Shown here: piece after piece, positions 54,800 to 63,486 of the stretch
How the letters are laid out: each line of letters begins with the position of its first letter
Numbering within the stretch: the first letter of the stretch is position 1
Origin: Phycisphaerales bacterium
GTDB lineage: Bacteria > Planctomycetota > Phycisphaerae > Phycisphaerales > UBA1924
Length of the DNA stretch: 64,000 nucleotides
Assembly: GCA_036732005.1 (NCBI GenBank)
Contig: DAINDF010000015.1
Coordinates: forward strand, 8,406 to 72,405
Direction: 5' to 3'
Made by a program: the position numbers and the translations under genes
Notes under the pieces: model-generated
Seen by the model: only the letters and a program-made list of their open reading frames with translations
What the model was told of the DNA's origin: nothing
Database searches by the model: none

Positions 54800-55768
54800 T
54801 CACGGGCACTTGTCGCTCGCGATCGAGCAGAACGCCCGGCTCGGCGGGGGCAGGTTGCAGAACTGCGTCTCCGTCCGGCAGCGGTCCGTCCCGGGGATCG
54901 GCCCCCCGTTTCGTACGCAGCACTTGTCGTTGTCGCACACCGCCGCGTACACCAGCCCCGAGCCTTTGCCCGCGTCGAGCGCGAGCAACTCGGGCTCGGT
55001 CACCTCCGTGGTGTTCTTGAAGAACAGGTCCGCGACCGTCACCGCGCCGGCGATCCCGACCACCCCGGGCAACGCCGCCTGACGCGCCGCCACCTCGTCG
55101 GGAGACCCGGGCTGCCCCGGCACCCCGATCCCCAGGTCACGCAGCGCGTCGAGCATGGGCCAGAACGGCTCCGAGCCCGGATGGAACACGAGGACCTCGC
55201 CCACGGGCATCGGCCCCGTCGCCGCCGCGAGCTGCTCGAGCACCGCCGCGATCGCCGTCGGGTCCACCGTGCTCGGGACGCAGTCGTTGAGCGTCTCGAG
55301 CCGGCCCAGGATGAACGGCAGGTTCGCCTGCAGGGGCTGCCCGAGCAACTGCCCCAGCGGGATCGGGCCGAACAGATGGATCGTCCGGTTGATCGCGTCG
55401 TAGTTCGACTGGATCACCGGCGGGTCGTCGAAGCCGCCCTCGATCGTCGTCCGGATGTCCGGGAAGCACGCCGCCGGCGGACACCCGTTCACGAACGAGG
55501 TCACGAACAGATTGAGGTCGCCAAGGTCGAGGATCCCGTCGCCCGTCAGGTCCGCCGCCGGGCTCTGGTTCACGAACGCGGACACGAACGCGTTGATGTC
55601 CGCCAGGTCCAGCACCCCGAGCGGCGGGGCCAGGTCCGCGGGGTTGCACCCCACCCCGGGCCCGGCCGACGCCGGGGCCGCACAGACCCCGAGGCCGAGC
55701 CCCGCGATCGCCACCAGACCGAAAGCCGAATTCCGCAAGGACGCACCGATACCGTGAGCACGCTGCAT
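54800..55768 (-). CDS. secreted protein with N-terminal Cys...GCP dockerin-like module and a Cys-rich C-terminus
   Basis: ATG at 55768 preceded by AAGGAG. Signal peptide MQRAHGIGASLRNSAFGLVAIAGLGLGVCAAPASA. The module CNPADLAPPLGVLDLADINAFVSAFVNQSPAADLTGDGILDLGDLNLFVTSFVNGCP follows immediately. Then ~225 aa of unknown domain ending VCDNDKCCVRNGG...CRTETQFCNLPPPSRAFCSIASDKCP. Confidence 0.8.
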   Translation of the reverse strand: MQRAHGIGASLRNSAFGLVAIAGLGLGVCAAPASAGPGVGCNPADLAPPLGVLDLADINAFVSAFVNQSPAADLTGDGILDLGDLNLFVTSFVNGCPPAACFPDIRTTIEGGFDDPPVIQSNYDAINRTIHLFGPIPLGQLLGQPLQANLPFILGRLETLNDCVPSTVDPTAIAAVLEQLAAATGPMPVGEVLVFHPGSEPFWPMLDALRDLGIGVPGQPGSPDEVAARQAALPGVVGIAGAVTVADLFFKNTTEVTEPELLALDAGKGSGLVYAAVCDNDKCCVRNGGPIPGTDRCRTETQFCNLPPPSRAFCSIASDKCP

Positions 55769-56208
55769 GGGCTTCTCCTTTCGAGACAGGGGGTTGCGTG
55801 CCGGCCGGGCCGCGTCTTCAAACGGGCCCCGGCCTCCGGGCCGGCCCGGGTCGCGCCCGGTCCAAGCCTCGGCCTCACAGATTTCGAAGCGGGCACCGTA
55901 CCACGCCACACACGGCGCCCCGCACCGAATCTTGGGAGACCCCCATATTCGAGTGGCCTCCCAACCCCGTTCGGGGCGGTTTGACCCGGGCCCTGCGGGC
56001 GCTATTGTTCCGACCCGGGAGCCGGAGTGCCGGCCCCCTCGCCAGTGAGAATCCTGCTCGGCACGACGCCGAGCCCGCCCCGCCCGGTAGGCGGCGTGCC
56101 CCCCCGTGGGGCCTTCCCGCTCGGTCACCCGACGCCGGCGTTCACGCACGCCCCGTCAGGCCCGGCCCACGAGTCGTCGCCGACACGCGACGAGAAGGAG
56201 TCGACGCC

Positions 56209-56667
56209 ATGAGCACCGGTCACGCGACGCACCTCCGCCGCCAGACCTGGATGGCCAAGAACGGCGAGGTCCAGCGCGTCTGGCGTCATGTCGACGCCGA
56301 CGGCGTCCCCCTCGGCCGTCTCGCCAGCGAGATCGCCCTGGTCCTCATGGGCAAGCACCGCCCTGAGTACACCCCCCATGTCGACACGGGCGACTTCGTC
56401 ATCGTCACCAACGCCACCAAGGTCGCCCTCACCGGGCGCAAGGCCGACCAGAAGTTCGCCAAGAACTACACCCGCTACCCGGGCGGCCTCAAGCTCGAGT
56501 CCTACGGCTCGCTCCGCCAGCGCCGCCCCGAGCGGCTGCTCGAGCTCGCCGTCCGCCGCATGCTCCCCAAGAACCGCCTGGGCCGCCAGATGCTCAAGAA
56601 GCTCAAGGTCTACCCGGGCGTCGAGCACCCCCACGAAGCCCACAAGCCCATCCCGCTGCACGCGTAA
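56209..56667 (+). CDS. rplM: 50S ribosomal protein L13
   Basis: ATG at 56209 preceded by GAAGGAG. RVWRHVDADGVPLGRLASEIALVLMGKHRPEYTPHVDTGDFVIVTNA, YTRYPGGLK, MLPKNRLGRQMLKKLKVY. Confidence 0.93.
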   Translation: MSTGHATHLRRQTWMAKNGEVQRVWRHVDADGVPLGRLASEIALVLMGKHRPEYTPHVDTGDFVIVTNATKVALTGRKADQKFAKNYTRYPGGLKLESYGSLRQRRPERLLELAVRRMLPKNRLGRQMLKKLKVYPGVEHPHEAHKPIPLHA

Positions 56668-56710
56668 CGAATGACCATCACCCGCCGCCGCGGGAACGGA
56701 GCGCCGAACC

Positions 56711-57244
56711 ATGGCAGACCAAGGATTCCAGACCACCATCACCAACCCCGACCTGATCGGCGAGGCCGTCCAGGCCCCCAAGGGCCCAGGGAACGCCGTC
56801 CGCCAGCTCGCCGAGCCCAAGCCCGCCGATAAGCACGGCTGGTGGTGGGGCGTCGGCCGCCGCAAGACCGCGGTCGCCCGCGTCCGCCTCCGCCCCACGC
56901 GGGACGGGCAGCCCAAGGTCCTCGTCCAGTCCACCCGCAAGAAGTTCAAGACCGTCGAGGAGTACTTCTCCGAGCCGCGCGACCGCGCCGACGCCTACGC
57001 CCCCCTCACCGTCACCGACACCGCCGACAAGCTCGAGGTCATCGTCCGCGTCGCCGGCGGCGGCATCATGGGCCAGGCCCAGGCCATCCGCCTCGGCATC
57101 GCCCGCGCCCTCGTCGGGTACGACCCCCACCTCGAGGATGTCCTCCGCGACAAGGGCTACCTCACCCGCGACGCCCGCAAGGTCGAGCGCAAGAAGTACG
57201 GCCAGCCCGGCGCCCGCCGCCGCTTCCAGTTCTCCAAGCGCTGA
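56711..57244 (+). CDS. rpsI: 30S ribosomal protein S9
   Basis: 177 aa with an extended N-terminus. GRRKTAVARVRL, GGGIMGQAQAIRLGIARAL, LTRDARKVERKKYGQPGARRRFQFSKR. Confidence 0.93.
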   Translation: MADQGFQTTITNPDLIGEAVQAPKGPGNAVRQLAEPKPADKHGWWWGVGRRKTAVARVRLRPTRDGQPKVLVQSTRKKFKTVEEYFSEPRDRADAYAPLTVTDTADKLEVIVRVAGGGIMGQAQAIRLGIARALVGYDPHLEDVLRDKGYLTRDARKVERKKYGQPGARRRFQFSKR

Positions 57245-57274
57245 GCCGAGATCGCTCGCGAACCGTTCCGAAAA

Positions 57275-57302
57275 GGGCTCGGGGTCTCCCGGGCCCTTTT
57301 TT
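57275..57302 (+). terminator. rho-independent terminator after rpsI (GGGCCCGGG family)
   Basis: GGGCTCGGG-GTCT-CCCGGGCCC hairpin followed by TTTTTTCGTGCGCCGAC. Confidence 0.7.
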
Positions 57303-57345
57303 CGTGCGCCGACCCCGGAGGGCCCGCCCGCCTTCAATTGCACCC

Positions 57346-58149
57346 ATGGGCCGCCGCCTGCTCCGCATCACGAGGAACCTCCGAAGCCGGCTCATTGCCG
57401 CCAGCCTCGTCCTCGCCGCGACGCTCACGCTCGCGGGTCTGCTCGCCGCGACGCTCACCCGCACCGCCCCCGCCTGGTGGAGGCAGTACCGCCCCACCCC
57501 CGAACTGCGAACCCTCGCCAGCGATGTCGAGAACGCCGCGATCTCTACCCTCTACCGCCAACGCCCCCCGGACCCCGCCGCCCAGCCCGCCTCCGCCCCC
57601 TGGAGCGTCGCGGTCCGCGACCAGGACGCCAGCGCCTGGCTCATCGCCCGCCTCCCCGAGTGGATGAACGGGAACGCCGACCTCCCCGACTGGCCCGATT
57701 CCCTCGGGCAGCCCCAGATCCGCTTCGAGCCCGGGCTCGTCCGCATCGGCGTCCTCTTCCGCCGGGAGAACGGCGACCGCGTCCTCACCGCCTCCGTCCG
57801 CCCGGTCCTCGCGCCCGACGGCTCGCTCTGGCTCCGCACCGCCTGGATCCACATCGGCAGGCTCCCCGTCCCCGCCGCCCTCATCCTCCGCAACGCCGAA
57901 AGGCAACTCCTCCCCTACCTCCCGGGCGACCTCGCCGACGAACGCAGCGCCGCCTCACTCCTCGCCATCCTCCGGGGCGACGCCCCCCTCGCCCGGACCC
58001 CCGCGCTCCGCCTCGAAGACGGCCGCGCTGTCCACCTGCTCGGCCTCCGCGTGCTCGAGGGCCGCGTCGAGTTCGATTGCCGGACCGATCTCTCCGGTTC
58101 GGCTCCACCGGCGCGGAGCCGTCTACCCTCGGGGCATGCCGAGGATTAA
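57346..58149 (+). CDS. membrane-anchored hypothetical protein
   Basis: ATG at 57346. N-terminus MGRRLLRITRNLRSRLIAASLVLAATLTLAGLLAATL, a signal anchor. No family recognised. Its 3' end overlaps the next gene by 14 nt. Confidence 0.6.
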   Translation: MGRRLLRITRNLRSRLIAASLVLAATLTLAGLLAATLTRTAPAWWRQYRPTPELRTLASDVENAAISTLYRQRPPDPAAQPASAPWSVAVRDQDASAWLIARLPEWMNGNADLPDWPDSLGQPQIRFEPGLVRIGVLFRRENGDRVLTASVRPVLAPDGSLWLRTAWIHIGRLPVPAALILRNAERQLLPYLPGDLADERSAASLLAILRGDAPLARTPALRLEDGRAVHLLGLRVLEGRVEFDCRTDLSGSAPPARSRLPSGHAED

Positions 58150-59353
58150 CCCCCTTCCCGCCGCCGTCGCGCTCGTGTGCGCCCTGCCGATCGCCCACGC
58201 CCAGACCCTCGAGGTCTACGCCACCGGGCTCACCAAGCCGGTCGACATGGTCGCCGACCCGACCAGCCCCGCCCGCTTCCTCGTCGTCGAGCAGGACGGG
58301 CTCGTCCGCGTCGTCGAGAACGGCGTCGTGCTCGACGAGCCCTTCATCGCCGTCGACCGGGGCGACTTCACCGACCGCAAGAGCAACTGGGAGCGGGGCC
58401 TGCTCGGCATCGCCCTCGACCCGGGCTACGCCGACAACCGCCGCTTCTATCTCTACTACACCGACAAAGTGGGCGCCACCGTCACCAGCCGTTTCACCGC
58501 CGCCAGCCCCACCTCCGCCGACTGGGGCACCGAGGAGGTCCTCCTCCGGATCGACCAGCCCTTCGGCAACCACAACGGCGGGTGCATCCGCTTCGGGCCC
58601 GACGGCATGCTCTACATCGGGCCCGGCGACGGGGGCTCGGCCAACGACCCGCAGGGCTACGCGCAGAAACTCGACACCCTGCTCGGCAAGCTCCTCCGCA
58701 TCGATGTCAACGGCGAGCCCGACGAAGGCCTCGCCTACGCCATCCCCGACGACAACCCCTTCGTCGCCACCGAGGGCGCCCGCCCCGAGATCTGGGCCTA
58801 CGGCCTGCGCAACCCCTGGCGCTTCGAGTTCGACTCCAAGGGCCGCCTCTGGATCGCCGATGTCGGGCAGAACCGCTTCGAGTATGTCCACCTCCAGCCC
58901 GAGGGCTCCAAGGGAGGCGAGAACTACGGCTGGAACACCATGGAGGGCTTCGGCGAGTTCAAGCCCGGGCGCAACCAGGCCGACGACCCCAAGCGCCTCC
59001 CCCCCAGCCGGCACCTCGAACGGGGCCTGGCGCCCCCCGTCTTCGAGTACCGCCACCACCCCGTCGGCTCGATCACCGGGGGATTCTTCTACGAGGGCGA
59101 CAAACTCCCCTGGCTCAAAGGCCGCTACATCTGCGCCGACTACATGAGCGGACGCACCTGGTCCTTCATCGTCCGCCAGCGCGGCGAGACCTGGACCGCC
59201 GACGACATCGTCGAGCACACCGCCGCGGTCTCCCAGTCCTTCGGCGGCAACGGCGCCTCGCTGGCGATCTCCTCCTTCGGTCGCGACCTCAGCGGCAACG
59301 CCCTGTTCATCCTCGACCACAACGCCGGGCGGATCCTCCGCTTCGCGGAGTAG
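58136..59353 (+). CDS. PQQ-dependent sugar dehydrogenase (soluble glucose/sorbosone dehydrogenase family)
   Basis: 405 aa. Signal peptide MPRINPLPAAVALVCALPIAHA. ERGLLGIALDP, NHNGGCIRFGPDGMLYIGPGDGG, LGKLLRIDV, WAYGLRNPWRFEFD, LWIADVGQN, ENYGWN. Confidence 0.88.
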   Translation: MPRINPLPAAVALVCALPIAHAQTLEVYATGLTKPVDMVADPTSPARFLVVEQDGLVRVVENGVVLDEPFIAVDRGDFTDRKSNWERGLLGIALDPGYADNRRFYLYYTDKVGATVTSRFTAASPTSADWGTEEVLLRIDQPFGNHNGGCIRFGPDGMLYIGPGDGGSANDPQGYAQKLDTLLGKLLRIDVNGEPDEGLAYAIPDDNPFVATEGARPEIWAYGLRNPWRFEFDSKGRLWIADVGQNRFEYVHLQPEGSKGGENYGWNTMEGFGEFKPGRNQADDPKRLPPSRHLERGLAPPVFEYRHHPVGSITGGFFYEGDKLPWLKGRYICADYMSGRTWSFIVRQRGETWTADDIVEHTAAVSQSFGGNGASLAISSFGRDLSGNALFILDHNAGRILRFAE

Positions 59354-59454
59354 CCCCCGCTCGACCATCAGCTTCGAACGAGCCGCGGACGCACGCGCCC
59401 AAGACGCCCGGCCGCAACGCCCGGTACCCTGACCCCGTGCACGCCCCTGAAAAC

Positions 59455-61608
59455 ATGCCCGCGATCGAGCGCGCCCTCGCCGAACGCGATTACCCAAGGC
59501 TCATCGACCTGCTCGGCCCCGAGCCCGCCGGCCCGCTCGCCCGCACCCTGCGCTTCGCCCGCAACATGCTCGCGCTCAAGGCCCGCGACCCCGAACTCGC
59601 CGCCGAGCTCGAATCCATCCCCGCGACCGGCCGCGTGCGCCTCGTCACCGCCCCCGACCGGCGCGAGAGCCTCGCCCTCGCCGGGCACGCCGACAACCCG
59701 CTCTGCCCGGGAGGCTCCCCGTCGGCCGTTATCGAGCAGACCACCCGGCAACTCGCCGAGATCCCCGACCCCTCAAGATCCGTCGCCCTCGCCGGCGTCG
59801 GCGACGGCTGGGCCCTGACCCTCCTCGCCACCGAGCGCCCCGACATCGTCGGCCGGCAACGCACCGTCTTCGTCATCGAGCCCGACGCGGAGGTCTTCCG
59901 CTCCGCGATGCTCCTGCACGACTGGCACAAGGGCCCCCTCGCCTCGGGCCGGTTCGTCCTCTGCGTCGGCGCGGCCTGGCGCGAGAGGCTGCGCAGCACG
60001 CTCACGCCCGATTCACGCCTGCCCCCGCCCGAAAAAGCGATCCGCCTCTGCGCCGACCCCGCCCCCATCCGCGACGCGATCGACGAAGCCATTTCGCGGA
60101 TTACGACGGCGATCAACCGCCGCCGGGATGCCCTTGTCGGCGTCTACGCCGACCAAAGCCGGGCCCGCGTCGCCGACCGTATCGCCCACGCAACGGGGAC
60201 ACGCGTCCACTTGTTGACCACCCGACATTCGAGTGTGCTGCACCACTCGACACGGGATCTCGAGGAGGGATTCCGGCGACTCGGATGCTCGACCACGCTG
60301 TCCATCGAAGCCGAGCCCTGGGAACACCAGACCAACGCAGCTCTGCTCGGCGAACTCCTCGCCTTCCGCCCCGACCTCGTCATCCAGATCGATCACCACC
60401 GCCACGAGACCCCCGGCATCATCCCCGAGCGGGTCCCCTTCGTCTGCATCATCCAGGACAACCTCCCCAACCTCCTCTCTCGCGACGCGGCGCTGAAGAT
60501 GGGACCCACCGACTTCGCCGCCGGCTCGTGGGTCCGCCGCTATGTCCTCGAGCACGACTACCCACCCGCGCGCTCGATCGAGATCCCCCGCCTCGCCCCC
60601 GCGCCCGCCTCGCCCCCGGCCCGCCCCGCGACCCGCCGCCCCGGGGCCCCCGACCTGCTCTATGTCTCCAACCACGCCGCCACCCCCGAAGAGGCCCTCG
60701 AGCAGGCGATCGCCTCGACCGACCCCGCCTGGACCGCGGCCCGCGAGATCATCCGCGCCGCGGGCGAGGACCTGCTCGCCCGCTACGAACAAGGCGGGTG
60801 CGTCGAGGACTCGACCGACCTCGACGCCTTCGTCGCCGAGTCGTGCGCGCGCCGCGGCATCACGCCCCTCCCGCCCGAGCCGATGCTCGCCATCGGCGAC
60901 AAGCTCGGCGTGACCGTCAACAACGCCCTCTACCGCCGCCAGGGGCTGCGCTGGGCCGTCCGTGCCGCCGAATCGCTCGGCCTCGCCCTCCGCCTGCACG
61001 GGCGCGGGTGGGAAGACAACCCCGAGTTCGCCCCCTTCGCCGCCGGCGTGATCGACTACCGCCGCGAACTGCCCGAGGCGACCCTGCACGCCCGGGCCTG
61101 CCTGGTGCTGGAGCCCTACTTCCCGACGCAGCACCAACGCGCCCTCGACACCTGGCTCGCCGGCGGCCTCCCGCTCATCCGCCGCCGCGACCGCGACCGG
61201 CGGCAACTCGACCTGATCGCGTGGCTCGACCGCCTGCCGCCCGAGATCGACACCCTCGACGCCGCCCTTGCGTCCCTCCCGCCCGACGACGCGGCGGCCC
61301 TCCGGGAGGCGCACGAGCGGCACCAGGGCCTCAACGCGTGGGACGGTCGGGGCGACATGATCGCGCTCTACCGCGCCCGCGAGCGCGACGGGCTGGGGCA
61401 GATGGGCCGGCCGCCCCCACGCTTCGACGAGACCTCGTTCGTGGACCAGGCCTCGATGACCGCGCTGGTGCGCGCGCTCGTGGAGGAGCCGGACCGCCTC
61501 GAAGCGGCCCGCCGGGCCCAGCACGACTGGGCCCGGGCCGGGTTCACCTATGAAGTCGGGGCCCGCCGCCTGCTGACGAAGGTCGCCGGCGTGCTCGCCG
61601 GCGCTTGA
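59455..61608 (+). CDS. large hypothetical protein, with a C-terminal part resembling CgeB/DUF3880-type glycosyltransferase-like domains (tentative)
   Basis: ATG at 59455; about 717 aa. The frame shows coherent GC3 bias and protein-like composition. The C-terminal LRLHGRGWEDNPEFAPFAAGVIDY...ACLVLEPYFPTQHQRALDTWLAGGLPLI pattern is reminiscent of CgeB-like proteins. Confidence 0.6.
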   Translation: MPAIERALAERDYPRLIDLLGPEPAGPLARTLRFARNMLALKARDPELAAELESIPATGRVRLVTAPDRRESLALAGHADNPLCPGGSPSAVIEQTTRQLAEIPDPSRSVALAGVGDGWALTLLATERPDIVGRQRTVFVIEPDAEVFRSAMLLHDWHKGPLASGRFVLCVGAAWRERLRSTLTPDSRLPPPEKAIRLCADPAPIRDAIDEAISRITTAINRRRDALVGVYADQSRARVADRIAHATGTRVHLLTTRHSSVLHHSTRDLEEGFRRLGCSTTLSIEAEPWEHQTNAALLGELLAFRPDLVIQIDHHRHETPGIIPERVPFVCIIQDNLPNLLSRDAALKMGPTDFAAGSWVRRYVLEHDYPPARSIEIPRLAPAPASPPARPATRRPGAPDLLYVSNHAATPEEALEQAIASTDPAWTAAREIIRAAGEDLLARYEQGGCVEDSTDLDAFVAESCARRGITPLPPEPMLAIGDKLGVTVNNALYRRQGLRWAVRAAESLGLALRLHGRGWEDNPEFAPFAAGVIDYRRELPEATLHARACLVLEPYFPTQHQRALDTWLAGGLPLIRRRDRDRRQLDLIAWLDRLPPEIDTLDAALASLPPDDAAALREAHERHQGLNAWDGRGDMIALYRARERDGLGQMGRPPPRFDETSFVDQASMTALVRALVEEPDRLEAARRAQHDWARAGFTYEVGARRLLTKVAGVLAGA

Positions 61609-61691
61609 CGCGGGCTGGGCGGGGCCGGCGCGTGCCGACGAGCCCGAATTGCGGGTGAAGGAATCTCTCATACGGCTTGTGATTGACCGCT

Positions 61692-61741
61692 GCGCGTGCG
61701 CCGCCGGTGCCACCACCCGCCGCGTCAGCGGCGCGTGGTGC
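61692..61741 (+). repeat. palindromic repeat, family B, copy 2
   Basis: GCGCGTGCGCCGCCGGTGCCACCACCCGCCGCGTCAGCGGCGCGTGGTGC. It matches 21229-21278. It is intergenic, between the 59455-61608 gene and mreD. Confidence 0.75.
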
Positions 61742-61983
61742 GGATCGGACGCCGACGAGAGACGCACGACGCGCCCTCCGGGCGGGTCGCGGCACCGCTT
61801 TCCGCGCGTCAACCAATCCAGATCAGTATGAGACGGAACCCGTTTCACTCTCGAACGAGCCATGGGCGCAAGCCCATAGAGCGATCGGGAAACGAAGCTC
61901 CGCGGGCTCGCGCCCGAGGCTCGTCAGCACGGCGTTGAACCGCGATCCGACCGCGACAATCCCGGACCGGGACGAGGCCTGCC

Positions 61984-62544
61984 TCAGTGCCGCCGCCCGC
62001 CCCGCTCGTGCTGGAAGCGGAAGAGCGTGTCGACGGGGCGGAGCAGGATCGCCCACGCGAACGCGGTCGCCCCGGTGTAGAGCGCCGAGAGCAGCCGGGA
62101 GACCAGCTCGCCCGTCGGGCGGAACAGGATCGGGTCGCCGTAGAGATCGCGCACCGTGAAGAACGCGACGACAACCGTCTGCACGACGGCGGCGGCGGCG
62201 ATCGAGAGCACCGTGAGCGTGAGCGGGTGCCGGCGGATCACCATGCCCCGGACCGCGACGACGAATTGCGCGGCGATGAGCATCCCGATCGCGTGGGGCC
62301 CGAGCACGGTGAGCATCGAGGCGGCGTCGGTCCTGGGCACGAGCGAGGTCAGGTCGAGCAGCACGCCCAGGATCAGGGCGGCCCAGACCGCCTGCTTGGG
62401 CGGGGCGCTCAGCGCGACGAAGACCATCAGCGGCACGACGAAGCTCGGCGCGATGTCGCCCGGCGCGAGGCGCAGCGCGTCGCGCAGGCCCAGCTCGAGC
62501 CCGAAGGCGACCCAGGTCATCACCAGGAAGACGATCCAGCTCAA
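61984..62544 (-). CDS. mreD: rod shape-determining protein MreD
   Basis: 186 aa with five hydrophobic helices (PLMVFVALSAP, WAALILGVLLDL). Lies directly after mreC. The TTG start at 62544 overlaps the mreC stop codon (TTGA); an alternative ATG is at 62520. Confidence 0.78.
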   Translation of the reverse strand: MSWIVFLVMTWVAFGLELGLRDALRLAPGDIAPSFVVPLMVFVALSAPPKQAVWAALILGVLLDLTSLVPRTDAASMLTVLGPHAIGMLIAAQFVVAVRGMVIRRHPLTLTVLSIAAAAVVQTVVVAFFTVRDLYGDPILFRPTGELVSRLLSALYTGATAFAWAILLRPVDTLFRFQHERGGRRH

Positions 62545-63446
62545 GGCTCGTCCCCCCCCTGCCCGGGCCCCCGCGCCACCCGCAGCGTGACCTCGCGGAC
62601 GCGCCGCAACTCGAGCCCGTCACGCGGACGGACGACGATGTTGCTCCGCAGCGGCTGCTCGTCGTCAGGCTCGACGCGCTCGACCAGCCCGATGGTGAAC
62701 ATCTGGGCCGACTCGGGCCAGGCTGGGTCGTCGAGCACGACCTCCATCCCGGGCTCGAGCTCGGGCAGCGTGACCGCGCCGGCCCGCGACGGATCGGGGA
62801 ACTCGACATCGCCCCGCAGCGTGCCCTGCCCGGTGGGCGCAAGCTGGCAGAGCAGCCAGGCCTCGCCCAGCCGGTCGAGCAGCACGCGCCCGCGGAGCAG
62901 CCCCGACTCGGGCTCGGTGATGGGCATGACGACGCACTCGAGGGCGTCGACGGAGACGACCTGCCCGTGCAGCTGCACCCCGCGGACGGTGGTCACGGTG
63001 TTGGGGGTCACCCCGTCCCGCCGCCCCGCCTTGACGCGGACGAGCCCGCTCGACGGATCGCTCGACGCCCCGACCACGGGGCGGATGAGCTGCACGACGG
63101 GCACATCCGGCGCTCGGCTCAGGCCCGCGCGCAGGTCGGCGATCAGGGCCTCGAGCTCCGCCTCGCGCCGCCGCGACGCGAGCAGCCTGCGGCGCAGCTC
63201 GTCGCGGTCCCGCTCCAGGGCGACGATCTGCTCGTTGCTCTCCTCGACCCGCGTCGCCGGCGCCACCCAGCGCGAGACGCGGGTCAGCGGGTCGCTGATC
63301 GGGGTGAAGACCGTCGAGGCGAGCCCGCCGAACCACCCCACCCAGTCGAGGAACCGCGCCGGCGCCAGCGCGGTGATCGCCAGCAGCGCGACCGTCGCCG
63401 GCATCGAGATCCTGATGAGCGGATGCTGGGTCTGGGGTCTGGCCAT
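62541..63446 (-). CDS. mreC: rod shape-determining protein MreC
   Basis: 301 aa with ATG at 63446. N-terminal TM helix, coiled-coil IVALERDRDELRRRLLASRRREAELEALIADL, then beta-rich domains (VVGASSDP, GQVVSVD, GLVERV). Confidence 0.85.
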   Translation of the reverse strand: MARPQTQHPLIRISMPATVALLAITALAPARFLDWVGWFGGLASTVFTPISDPLTRVSRWVAPATRVEESNEQIVALERDRDELRRRLLASRRREAELEALIADLRAGLSRAPDVPVVQLIRPVVGASSDPSSGLVRVKAGRRDGVTPNTVTTVRGVQLHGQVVSVDALECVVMPITEPESGLLRGRVLLDRLGEAWLLCQLAPTGQGTLRGDVEFPDPSRAGAVTLPELEPGMEVVLDDPAWPESAQMFTIGLVERVEPDDEQPLRSNIVVRPRDGLELRRVREVTLRVARGPGQGGDEP

Positions 63447-63486
63447 TGCCGGCGATCACCCGCCCCGGCGGTGGTCGCCGAGCCGG

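Noticed and set aside
44264-55768. Interpreting the dockerin-like island as a cellulosome.
   Set aside because: No cohesin-like scaffoldin and no glycoside hydrolase catalytic motifs were recognised. The module differs from clostridial type I/II dockerins (it has flanking Cys residues and a GCP terminus). I make only the architectural analogy.
61850-61890. Hairpin ATGGGC-GCAA-GCCCAT (GNRA-type loop) in the 375-bp spacer before mreD, considered as a small RNA or riboswitch.
   Set aside because: It is a single short stem. I found no recognisable Rfam-like consensus and no flanking promoter or terminator.
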